From the NCBI GenBank assembly GCA_009602725.1, contig WELB01000014.1, positions 848,756 through 906,047 of the forward strand: a stretch of DNA of 57,292 nucleotides. Reading direction: 5' to 3'. The notes under the pieces were generated by a model. That model did no database searches, was not told the origin of the DNA, and saw only the letters and a list, made by a program, of their open reading frames with translations. The position numbers were made by a program, and so were the translations under genes. The first letter of the stretch is position 1. Each line of letters opens with the position of its first letter. Source of the stretch: Spirogloea muscicola. Its lineage: Eukaryota. This document shows positions 12,319-23,770 of the stretch, one piece after another.

Positions 12319-13345
12319 TTGCACCGCCGCGCTGGTCGCGCCCTTGCAGCAGCCTCTGGCTTGCGCAGCGGGGTTGCTCTTCCTCCCCTCAGCTCATCTG
12401 ACTTCCTACTGCTGACACGGGGGTATTGAGGGCGCCCTGTCTGCCTAGCCTTTGGCTCCGTCATGAACACCTGTATGCATCTGGCTGGCATTTCACAGCC
12501 GATTCTTTCATATCAGCAGCCGCTTTCTTCCTCAACCTATCTGCAACGAGCTCAGGCGTATGTATGCTCTGCATCAGAAAGCTGGTCGAGCCTTAGCTGC
12601 TGGCACAAGAGCTAGTCAATTGCCGTCCGGTATTCGAGCGTCAGCTAGCGACCTCTATCTTTTCGGGCTGGTTGTTCCAGCCCCTATTCTCAATGGGCGA
12701 GCACTTTCTTCTATGTGCTGACTCGTGGTTACTGAGCGGGTCAGCTTAGCAGCAGGTGGCGTACATTTGTCCAATGTGCTTGCCTTTGTACTTGGCCACA
12801 CATGGCCTCCCCATCTCTTAATATACACGCATTTCCTCCTCGCCCCTCTCCTGCCCTAGACTCTGCCTGAACAATGTGTCGGCTTGAATTGGCCTCCACT
12901 TCAACTCATGCTCGCCCCGCGCCCCTTCTCTCCCGGAAGCGTCTTTCCTGCAGCAGCGCCGGTTTACCGCATGCGCTTGGCCGTCTCGCTGACCCACTCT
13001 CTCTAACCTGAGGCTGCTAAGCGGAAGAGAAAGTGCTCGCCCATTGAGAATAGGGGCTGGAAAAGCCAGCCCAAAAAAGAATGAACAGAGCACGAGAAAA
13101 GCCAGCCCGGAAAGAAATGGCAAAGGTTCGAAGGGGCCAAATGACAAAGGGGAGAGAAGGCGCGCGGGGAGCATGAACTGAAAGGGAGGCCAGTTCAAGC
13201 CAATACATTGTTCAGGCAGAGCCCAGGGCAAACTAAACAGGGCTACATAATGCGGAAACCTAAACTAAGGTGCCTAAGGTGACATCAGTACCCACGGGTG
13301 AGCACAAACAAATCTCACGAGCTAACTTGGGGAGCTGGAGCGCCG
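12319..13345. mobile_element. Nested cluster of 5'-truncated CRE-like retrotransposon 3' ends in both orientations
   Basis: LHRRAGRALAAASG..SDFLLLTRGY* at 12319-12429. A copy at 12530-12835 is nearly identical to 46255-46500 but carries a 51-bp insertion plus TSD. Minus-strand ends lie at 13025-13145 and 13150-13340. Confidence 0.8.
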
Positions 13346-13599
13346 CCACGAAAGCCGGAGGCCTGACTTAGGCCCTTTGTCATCCGCGAGGGCGTCTATG
13401 CGAGATGGCGTCCATTGGCTGATATAGAGACAAATGCTGACGTATACGAGCTATGTGATACACAAACCAAACAAGAAAGTGGGTGCGCTGGCCATGCCAA
13501 CAAGGCAGTCCGTCGAGAGGCCATCGTCACCAATCGTTTATCTCGACGCAATGTCAACAAGGAAAAATTAGAGGTCCAAATTTGAGCCTGTGATTTAGA

Positions 13600-14875
13600 A
13601 ACGTATGTCTGAACAGTTTCCAGAGAATGTCATGCATTACAAACAAGAGCTATACAAACTCAGACGTCTTGAAGGCGAAACTGTGACCGCATGCTATCAT
13701 CGGTACACCACTCTTATAGAGAAGTCACGGACAAGCATCAGTTCGCAAAACTTAGCCAATCTCTTCCTTCGGGTTGTTTCTGGTAAAGCCATGCATAACG
13801 TACTGAACTTACTGCTGATCCAGGCGCGGCAAGTCCACAAACCTCATTTTGACCTGGCCGATGTTTTCCAGGTCATGCTTGACAAGGAGTCTGCAGACTT
13901 TGCGCTGAAAAATCTCGATGATCGTTTCTCAGGTGCCTCAACTTCTGACAAGGACAGGAAGGACGATAAGGATACTCACGTTAAGAAATCTCTATCAGGT
14001 AACACCAGAGCTCATGTTGCATTACCTGATATGTCTCAGTATCAGACTCAAGCTTCTAAGCAGTATCAACAGCGTCCTACTATCACTTGCCACAACTGTG
14101 GTAAGCCTGGTCACGTAAAAAGGAACTGTGCTGCATTACACCAGACTGCGGGAGTCACATGTGGTTTTTGTGGAAGGTTGGGTCACGGTGATGTACAGTG
14201 CTGGATAAAGAATCCTGAGAAACATCCAGCTCAATTCCGAGCTAAGAACGGGAGCGGACAGGGTTCTACCAAAGATTACGCCGTTCATACTGACAGATCT
14301 AACATAAATAGACTGGAACAAGATGTTGCACTGCTGACCCAGAAACTGGCTATTTATGAGGCCGAGGCTAAGACTCGAGCCAAGTTGGCTGCAGCTGCAG
14401 TCGCTCAAGCCGCCCAGGACGATGTCGATGAAGACCTCGATGGGACAGCAAACGAGTATGATTACTTACATCTTGCTGTTATTGCTGCCACTGCCCCTGA
14501 ACCAACTGTTGTCAGCAGGAGTCCCCTCAAGAGGGGCGAAACTGACCTGCAACAGACAGCACGTGCAGGGAATGCACGTTACCCCACAAGCTTTAAAGTC
14601 AAGGACATTACACTGACTAATGAGCCTCGTCTGTCTAAAGCTCGAATAGCTTCAGATGATTTGGTTCCTACAGATTGCCAGTTGTCAAGGATGTACTTCT
14701 AACGAAGCTGCATAGAACCCCTGTGTTCAGCTTACATGACTTAGGTTGGACAAAGGAGAGACTGTGTGCTATACTACTGAATAGCTCTGGCACTGACAAT
14801 TCTCACACGGTTCAAGTTGCAGCCATTTCAACCATGAATTCTGCTAAACCGAATGCAGATCCATACTTTTTCTGC
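13600..14875 (+). mobile_element. LTR-retrotransposon gag fragment (left arm of inverted duplication)
   Basis: ORF 13605-14702 has a gag-like LYKLRRLEGETVTACYHRY segment and two CCHC knuckles (CHNCGKPGHVKRNC, CGFCGRLGHGDVQC). It is frameshifted near 14685. Confidence 0.8.
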
Positions 14876-14904
14876 CTCTCTTCTACTGATCTGCATGGAA
14901 CAGA

Positions 14905-16693
14905 ACCAGAACAAGATGGATCTGCATTCGGTCTAGCAGAAATCATGGTTGGAACGGCTGCAATTTGAACTGTGTGAGAATTGTCAGTGCCAGAGCTATT
15001 CAGTAGTATAGCACACAATCTCTCTTTTGTCCAACCTAAGTCATGTAAGCTGAACACAGGGGTTCTATGCAGCTTCGTTAGAAGTACATCCTTGGACAAC
15101 TGGCAATCTGTAGGAACCACATCTATCTGAAGCTATTCGAGCTTTAGACAGACGAGGCTCATTAGTCAGTGTAACGTCCTTGACTTTAAAGCTTGCGGGG
15201 TAACGTGCATTCCTTGCACGTGCTGTCTGTTGCAGGTCAGTTTCGCCCCTCTTGAGGGGACTCCTGCTGACAACAGCTGGTTCAGGGGCAGTGGCAGCAA
15301 TAACAGCAAGATGTGAGTAATCATACTCGTTTGCTGTCCCATCGAGGTCTTCATCGACATCGTCCTGGGCGGCTTGAGCAACTGCAGCTGCAGCCAACTT
15401 GGCTCGAGTCTTAGCCTGGGCCTCATAAATAACCAGTTTCTGGGTCAGCAGTGCAACATCTTGTTCCAGTCTATTTATGTTAGATCTGTCAGTATGAACG
15501 GCGTAATCTTTGGTAGAACCCTGTCCGCTCCCGGTTTTAGCTCGGAACTGAGCTGGAAGTTTCTCAGGATTCTTTATCCAGCACTGTATATCACTGTGAC
15601 CCAACCTTCCACAAAAACCACATGTGACTCCCGCAGTCTGGTGTAATGCAGCACAGTTCCTTTTTACGTGACCAGGCTTACCACAGTTGTGGCAAGTGAT
15701 AGTAGGACGCTGTTGATACTGCTTAGAAGCTTGAGTCTGATACTGAGACATATCAGGTAATGCAACATGAGCTCTGGTGTTACCTGATAGAGATTTCTTA
15801 ACGTGAGTATCCTTATCGTCCTTCCTGTCCTTGTCAGAAGTTGAGGCACCTGAGAAACGATCATCGAGATTTTTCAGCGCAAAGTCTGCAGACTCCTTTT
15901 CAAGCATGACCTGGAAAACATCGGCCAGGTCAAAATGAGGTTTGTGGACTTGCCGCGCCTGCATCAGCAGTAAGTTCAGTACATTATGCATGGCTACACC
16001 AGAAACAACCCGAAGGAAGAGATTGGCTAAGTCTTGCGAACTGATGCTTGTCCGTGACTTCTCTTTAAGAGTGGTGTACCGATGGTAGCATGCGGTCACA
16101 GTTTCGCCTTCAAGACGTCTGAATTTGTATAGCTCTTACTTGTAATGCATGACATTCTCTGGAAACTGTTTAGACATACGTTCATCATCTCTTCGACAGG
16201 ATCCTCAATCAAACTAGGACCTGCCGCAATCTCTGCTGGCGTAGCCGACAAGGACAGAGGTGTTCTAAGGTCCAACACTTCTTGTTTTGTCCTTCTGTAC
16301 ACAGCTCCAGCAGCACCAGTAAAATGTTTAGCAAACAAGGTCATTCTCTGTCCTCGACCAACCACGTAACCCTGCACGTCTAACTCACAGAGTTCTGCCA
16401 CGAAATGGTCTCTGACTTCTTCCAAAGAGGACCCATCAGGCATGCCCGTGAATCTCGGGCGATCACCTGAAGCCATGTGTGTACGTCTGATGCGAGGGCG
16501 TTTGGCCTTCAATTCTGCCAGCTGCTGGGAATCTCCGGTCGTTGGAGTATCTGCAGCAGCAGAAGGTTCGGGCAACACAAGGAGTAGATCGACTAGTATC
16601 AGACAGATATGTGCTGAATGACTCGTCCAGATTGACGAGTTTTCCAGACCGCAATCTCATATAATGTTGTCTCAACAAAGAAGATTCAGCCAA
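14905..16693 (-). mobile_element. LTR-retrotransposon gag, disrupted (right arm of inverted duplication plus gag N-terminus)
   Basis: ORFs 16463-16693 (MRLRSGK), 16096-16578 and 15065-16099 form one frameshifted gag with the same two CCHC knuckles. An in-frame TAA lies near 16137. Confidence 0.8.
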
Positions 16694-17320
16694 TCAGCAA
16701 AAATAGAGCTGATGCGTTAGCCTCAGAAGTAAAGCACTTCAAGAAGTCACAAAAGAAGGTCACTCGAGTCTGGCAAGATGAGTAGGAGTCCGCTCGGCAA
16801 GCGAAGCGGTATCGAACGAACTCAGTCTTGCAACTCGGGCTCGACTTTTGTAACAGATAGTCCGAACCGCGGCTTTTGTAACTTATAGTCCGAACCGCGG
16901 CTTTTGTAACCCAATGCACCAATGCAAGCATGCAAGGATATACACGCAGGCACTAAGTGCAGCACCTTGCCTCAATATAAAGATATGGCAAGATTAGCAA
17001 CTGCTTACCGCAGTGTCACGGAGACTTCACGCAGTCGTACGCGGGTCCAGGCTAAGGTACACTAGCTCCCGTCTGCCGTATGCTCTACGCGCTACGCTCT
17101 CTGAGTGCAGGCGTGGACGCAGGCGCGGGGCCGTCTGCCGTATGCTCTATGCGCTACGCTCTCGGGACGCAGTCGCGGGCACCGGCGCGGGTGGTGCAGG
17201 CGTGGGCAGGAGGGTGAAGCTTGCCGAGCGGACTCCTCGGCTTGGGGTGCCCGCTTTTGGCTCGGGACGGGCGCTGCGGCGGCCGCTGGCCCTGGCCGGC
17301 CGGACCCTGTGACGATCCGA
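16694..17320 (-). mobile_element. Probable leader/LTR region of the gag element, with internal tandem repeats
   Basis: It lies directly upstream of gag. A ~28-bp tandem repeat (CTTTTGTAAC..ATAGTCCGAACCGCGG) spans 16845-16910, and CCGTCTGCCGTATGCTCTAYGCGCTACGCTCTC is duplicated at 17069 and 17131. No clear PBS was found. Confidence 0.4.
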
Positions 17321-17764
17321 ACGCTGCCTAATAAGCCAGGTTTGGCTGTGGCGACGCTGGTTGGCTAAGTCGGATGACTTGGTGTGGGCCAAGCACATGA
17401 CCCAGGGGGGCAATCAGTCCCCGGTTGGTGACCTCCAGCCGTCCGTTCCACAATCGGATGGTTGTCGTCGCGCGTGGGCTTGGGCCATTGCCGTCGCATT
17501 TTCGTTGTCGTTCCGCCACGTTATCGTTGTCACTTCGTCGCCTTGGTGTCGCGTCGTCGTTGGGGTTGAGTTGGTTGAGCGGTTGCCTTGACTTCCGGCT
17601 GGAAAGGTTTCCCATACCCGACTCATTTCACATCTGGAACGCGTGACTCGGCCGTAAATCGCGTGTCAAGCCAGGTCAACTGTCCTAGTCAGATCGACAC
17701 AAATAGGCAGTCGACGGGATATCGCACGACACCTTGATGCACGTTGCACGTTGATGAAGAGCCA

Positions 17765-20160
17765 ATGCTTTGGCTGGCTTCTGCCAGCCCCTCTCTTCTA
17801 TGGGCGAGCTCATCTTCTAATGCTTGCGAGCGCTGCAAACTAAGCGAGAGCCGCATTCCATAATTTGCAACTAAGGCCTGCGGAATGCTGGAGTGGGCCC
17901 AAGCTGCCCCCCCGACTTCGACGACGCGCATCAACCAGCCGGGCCAGATGCTGGATCAGGGAGGACCATTTCACGCCGAAGCCTCCGTTGATATCCATGA
18001 CACACGGGTAAAGATGGTCCCCTCGGGAATGGTCCCGGTGATTCTCCTGTAGCTCTTTGGATTTTGTCCATTCTTTTTTGGCTGGCTTCTGCCAGCCCAT
18101 CTCTTCTATGGGCGAGCTCATTCTCCTCGTAGTGCCGCTCCTTCTGCCTCAAGGAAGAAAGCGCGGCCAGATTGACTGGTGGCTGTGAGAGGCCAGCCCA
18201 AAGGAATGGAAAAGGTCTGAAGGAGCCGGAGTGCTATATAAGAAGACAACAGCAAGGGGACTCTCAGTAACCTCTAGTCAGGGGAACTCTAAGTAACCTC
18301 TAGTCAGAAGATGCAAGTCGGAATAGCTAGCAGGCGGAAAGACGTCGCCCTGACGGGAATCCGGAGGCCGCCTAAAGCGCTAAGCAGCTACGAAGGGGCC
18401 GGAAGATGCGATGTCAGAGAGAAAGCGCGGCCAGAATGACTGGTGGCTGTGAGAGGCCAGCCCGAAGGAATAGACAAGGTCTGAAGGAGCCGGAGTGCTA
18501 AACGCTAAGACAACAGCTGGGGGATGCTCAGAACGGGGGGAGGATGCGCTAAGCAGGGGTTACTGAGTGCTTCGTAGCTGCTTAGTTTCTTCTTGTGCTT
18601 GTTTTTCTTTAGTGCTTCCCCTGCCCCTTCTCGCCCTTTGTTCATTGTATTTTTGGGCTGGCATTTTCAAGCCCTATCCTCAATGGGCGAGCCCTTCTTC
18701 CTTCTCGCTGCAGAGGTCCATGGCCCGCGCTCTGCACCTGTGTGCCAGACGAGCCCTCGCTGCTGCCTCTGGCCCTGGCCAGGGGACCCGCTTCCAGGAG
18801 CCAAGTTTCTCTGACTTGAGTCTGCTTAGTAGGGTTACTGAGAGTTTCGTAGCTGCTTAGTTTCTTCTTCTGCTTGTTTTCTCAGTGCTTCCCCTGGCCC
18901 CCTTCTCGCACTTTGTTCATTCTTTTGGGCTGGCCTTTTCCAGCCCCTATCCTCGATGGGCGAGCCCTTCTTTCCCTCCCAGTCCCCCTTACATTCTCCC
19001 TGCTCCTCCTTTTCCCTGGGCTGGCCAGGGCGACATCTTTCCGCCGTCTAGCTATCCCGACCTCCACTTACTGACTAGAGGTTACTGAGAGCCTAGTTGC
19101 TGACGTCTTTGGTACCTTGCTTCTTTTACCTGGGCTGGCCAGTCACAGCCCTCGCCCTCTACTGGACAGAAGAGGGACGCTTCCAGGGGAGGGCAGTGGC
19201 AGTGGCAGTAGCATGAGATGAATGGGGAGCCAAGCGAAGCCACTGCGTCGGTCATGCGCGAAAGAAGGGAGAGTGCAAAGGATGGGGCTACACAGACCAG
19301 AACCCTTATATGAGGGGCTGCGGACACGGCAAAAGCACGGCTGGAAGAGGAATGTGGTAACAAGGACTGGGCACATAGAAGTTGGACAGACCAACTGAGG
19401 CGCCTGAGCACCGCCACGAACGCCGGTGGGCTCTTCAAAGGTGAGAAGCACTTAAAAGCAGTGCTCTGAAGAAGCACTATTTATGCCGTACCATTTCTCT
19501 GTCCACTCTTCTGGGCCCTCCTTCAACTTGTTTAGTTCCCATTGGGCTGGCCTGTCACAGCCATTGCCTACGTACGATGCATCTTCTTCTCATTTTGGGC
19601 TGGCCTTTCACAGCCATCGCCAAATTTTAAAGAGCTTCTTCTCTCTTGGCGCTGGCCTTCCACAACCGCTATCGTTTTGTGGAAGAGCTTCTTTATTTGC
19701 GCTTCCATGTTGGGGCTTCTCCGCCAACTGCTTTATCCATTCTCTCTGGGCCGGCTTTTTGCAGCCTTTGCCCCTTTGTGCACGAGCTCTCTACCGGGAA
19801 AAGAAGCAGCTCTCTGGAGAAGAACAGCTCTTAGATTATAAGAAGAAAGCGCGGCCAGATTGACTGGTGGCTGGGAAAGGCAAGGAAAGGAATGGACAAG
19901 GTCTGAATGAGCTGGAGTTCGAAGGACTAGGACTAAGACATCAGCCAGAGAACGCTCAGTAACCTCTAGTCAGGAGATGCAAGTCTGCTTATAACAGTGC
20001 TGTGAAGCCAGCCCAAGGACTGAACAAATCCTGACAGGGCCGTCGGGCGCAAAAACTTTGAAAGTGCTGTCCGTGGCTTCTCCTTCAGACCTTGTCCATC
20101 CCTTTGGACTGGCCTTTCCCAGCCACCAGTCAATCTGGCCGCGCTTCCCTTCCGCGAGAG
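17765..20160. mobile_element. Dense cluster of CRE-like fragments and 3'-terminal units
   Basis: A minus-strand endonuclease fragment (HLYPCVMDINGGFG..YGMRLSLSLQRSQA) spans 17820-18055. Minus 3' ends lie at 18155-18500 and 19845-19985, plus head-to-tail ends at 18555-19090, and a unit array at 19540-19795. Confidence 0.8.
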
Positions 20161-20499
20161 GGTGCTCGAGAAACTCTAGTCAGCAATTGCAAATTGTCTT
20201 CTAGACTCTCTGGCTATGGACAGGACCTGCAATTGAGAGTCCAGTTTCGCTGACCAGCGGCTGCTCACTAGGGGATCCAAGAGGAGGCCGTGGAAGGCCT
20301 TCCCACAAGTGTGCACGAAGGCTCTCTCGTCGTTCATTTAGAAGCACTCGGCTGTCATTCCCAGCCACCGGTAACCTCCTCCCTACGTCCGCAGCCGTTC
20401 CCTTCCTGTCCGCGCCGCCACCGCCGCCGCCGCATCCGCATCCGCATCCGCCGCCGCGCCGCCGCCGCCGCCGCCGCCGCCGCNNNNNNNNNNNNNNNN

Positions 20500-22392
20500 T
20501 GGCCGCCGCGCGCGGCGCGGGGGCCGACCGGCCTCAGATCGGTGCGCGCTGCCGCCCCGCAGCGGCCTCGCCGCCCTTTCTGCACGCCTCCGCGCTGCCG
20601 GTCTCGGCGATTGCTGCAGGCGATCTCTGACGCCGCAGCGGCTGCGGCGGCGGCGGCGGCGGCGGCGGCGCGCAGACCCTATCCGGATCGACTGCGGCAG
20701 CAACCGGACGCTTGGTGCAGACCTCGGCGGCGGCGTGGCGTGGCAGGCGGACGCCTACTTCGACAGCGGCGTCAACGCCTCCAACCCCAACGCCTACGCC
20801 CAGAACGTCGCGCCCGTCGACGCCACCTTCCGGACCTTTCCCGGCGGCGCCCGCGGGTGCTACGCCGTGCCGGTCCCCGCCGGGCGCTACCTCGTGCGCG
20901 CCTCCTTCGCCATCGGGCTCTTCGACAGCACCGGCCCGCCGGACGTGGCGTTCGACGTGCTCGTCCAGGGCCTGTCGGTGGAGCGCATCGACTTCCGGGA
21001 GCCCAACGCGGCGGAGCTGTCCAGCGAAGCGTACTACACCGACTTCTACGTCTTCGTAGACGACAGCGCCGCTGTTCAATTCTGCCTCCGGCCGGTGGTC
21101 GGCGACGCGCTCGTCAACAGCCTGCAGGTCCTGCCGGCGGAGAGCGACGCGTACAGCACGGCGGCCATTGGGCTCGGCCACGACTACGTCCTGTCCAACG
21201 CCGTGCGCGTCAACCTCGGCGGCCCAGCGTTCGGGCGCGAGCCCGCCGACCTGGGCTTCCGGTACTGGTCGGCGGACGGCACGCCCGCCGCCGGCGGGTC
21301 GGCGCCGCTGACCACCGCCAGGAACGTGAGCGGCGCCGGCCTGCCCATCAACTACCCCCCCGCGAAGCTGTACCAGACGGCACGGCAGGCCCCTGCTGGC
21401 GGCGCCATCGACCTGGTCTACTATATCGTCACTCAGGACGTGCGCGATCAGTGGCTCCTCGTCCTCTACTTTGCCGAGACCAACTCGACCGTCACGGCCG
21501 GAGACCGCGTCTTCGACTTGGTCATCAATGGGGAGGTGTTGAGGAGCGGGTTCGACATTTACAGCGTCGCTGGGAAGCAGGCGTTTGTGCCTGTGAACCA
21601 GACCTTCATCCTGAACGTTTCAGAGCCGGCGGGCCCAGCGACCTCGACGCTCCTCTTCAACATCTCGCTCCAGAGCTCGGGTGGCATTGCCGGACCCATC
21701 ATCAACGGCCTCGAGCTCTTTGAGATCCTGCCAATGTCATCATCCACGAAAGGTATACCAGCTATGCCCAAAGTACGGCTCTCGCTGTGGTGACAGCCTT
21801 TCCAGATCTGGTTTGCGCATCTGTGGCAACCATAACGAGCTCACATACAAGTCAGGGACGAATTTGATCAATCATGGCGCGCTTGTCACAACAAGCCCGG
21901 GCATTTTAGAGCTGGTGGGAAGGAGGGACTGGTATACGCATCATTCCATTTCGGTAGTGGCTGGAAGTGTTCTGATGTGTTGGAGGAAGCTCTTGGCACT
22001 TACAAAGTCCTCGTTGCTTTCTGCTGGGTCCTGATGCGTCAGGTGATGGTGGTGGCGGATCAGGCTTGTCTGGTGGAGGCATTGCGGGGATTGTGATTGC
22101 TATTATCGTTGTGGCTGCAGTGTTGGCAGTGGGCACACTTCTTTATTGCAGACGCAAGTCACGGAATGCTGGAGCTACCCGCTTGGGCGGAGCAGGTAAA
22201 GCTATGCCACTCATTTTTGCAATATAAGCACCATCCCCTCTTGCTGCCCCCAAGGGGGTTGACTGCGCACACTGCACTAGCTTGTTCCTTGGTAGCTTCT
22301 CGTTCAGTGTTGACGGCTGCATTTGGACGTGCAAATTGTGCTGAGTGTGCCCACATTGTGTGGAGGCTTCTGCTGCAGGCTTAGAAGATTAG
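20500..22392 (+). CDS. Second malectin-like type-I membrane protein with no kinase domain (start in the small N gap)
   Basis: Predicted exons: ..-20541, 20676-21752 (DPIRIDCGS..TFRTFP..CY..GRYLVRASF..RVNLGG..LYFAET..RVFDLVING..PIINGLELFEI), 22043-22195 (GLSGGGIAGIVIAIIVVAAVLAVGTLLY-CRRKSR) and a probable last exon 22379-22392 (GLED*). Intron positions and phases match the 10078-11748 gene. Confidence 0.83.
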
Positions 22393-23770
22393 CCACTATT
22401 TGTCAAGTATATGAGTTGTAGGTGTAAGTTTTCCGGTCACTATGCACCATGTACATGCAGGAATGAATGATCAGTTACTACTTGCTAGGTGTAGGGTCTT
22501 GATCGGAGGTGTAAGTTTCAAAGGTCAGTATGCACAATTACATGCTGGACTTCTGAGTGCTCACTTACTGTATACGGTTGATGTAGCAGGCCGTGGGAGA
22601 TACTCGCAAGACTACTTGTAGTCTAGCACAGGTGCTTAGATTGTGTACTTAAGGAAGGTGAGAGTAGAGATTATGTGGACAGCGATATGTTTAAGGAATT
22701 GTGGATGCTTCATAGCTGGCCCTTTGGTGGCATGGGCCTAGATGAGGGCACTTGTGCAGTCTGTCATTAGTTGCACAACATAAGGTGCTTGCTTGGGTGA
22801 TTGCCTTGTTGTACATATCTGTACAGTCAAAGTGCCCTACCATGCTGATGATTGCAGTCAATAACATGTCAGTAGTGCTGGGCTTGCAGCGTTTAAAAGT
22901 GTCCAATCTTGCTCAATGCTGCTTACACATGCCATATATCATACTAGTCCCCAATAATGCCAAGTGTTTGGCAGCCCGAGCTACATGAGGATACATGGAT
23001 CGTGAAAGAAATTTGAAAGTGGCTCTTTCAGAATGGGCGAGGGCTGTGAACAGCCAGCACGAGATGAGTACAAGGACTGAGAGCTCATTGTTGTGAATTA
23101 AGAAAAGACTAATGCCATCTGCCACCATATACGCAATAGACTTCAAATCTGTGGCTTGGCCGCCAATGGATTCACAGGGAGAATGGCACCCGGTGCGCAT
23201 AGAAGTGAAAGGGAGGCAGAATCGAGCATTACATAAGTCCTGGTAAAAGGCCACTAAGCTGGTTAAAGGGTTCTCTAGCACCCACTAGTGAGCACATACC
23301 TATCGGACAAGCTAAGCTGAGGAGACAAGCCACCACCACACAAGCCATTAGCCTGGTCTTGTGCACGCCCAGCGCGCTGGTGTTTTGAGAGTGCCTGGGA
23401 GCGCCGCAGACTCAGTGAAAGCGGCAAGCAACTACTGCTTACAGGGTGCTAGAATGCCCTAAGCTACAAGCTCAACTACGTTGCCAGGCAAGAGCCCAGT
23501 ATTGACTAGTTCATGCTCTCTGAGCCCAGCTGTACAACTGCAATACATACCCCAAGTGGATAAAGGAGACAGGTAGAGATACTACTATTATCTACCTTCT
23601 AGGCCAACAAGCACCAAATGTGCTAGCAACATGTATGATGCTTTCTAAAGGATAAGGCGCCTGCTGTGAGTGAATGTGCTGCAAGTTACTCCTTAACGAG
23701 TGCTGTAGTGCGTCTCCACCTCTCACAGCCTGTGCTGACCACCCCCTTCACCTTGTATCTTCACCTCACA

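Noticed and set aside
12855..13230. Inverted repeat (12855-12935 vs 13150-13230) as a MITE
   Set aside because: Both arms are 3' UTR pieces of the CRE-like subfamily also seen at 755 and 53895. No TSD is evident.
13380..13590. GLPCWH on the minus strand as a SWIM/MULE remnant
   Set aside because: It is a single short motif amid stop codons, which is insufficient evidence.
19540..19795. True CRISPR array
   Set aside because: The context is eukaryotic, there are no cas genes, the repeats are degenerate, and the spacers resemble retroelement 3' ends.
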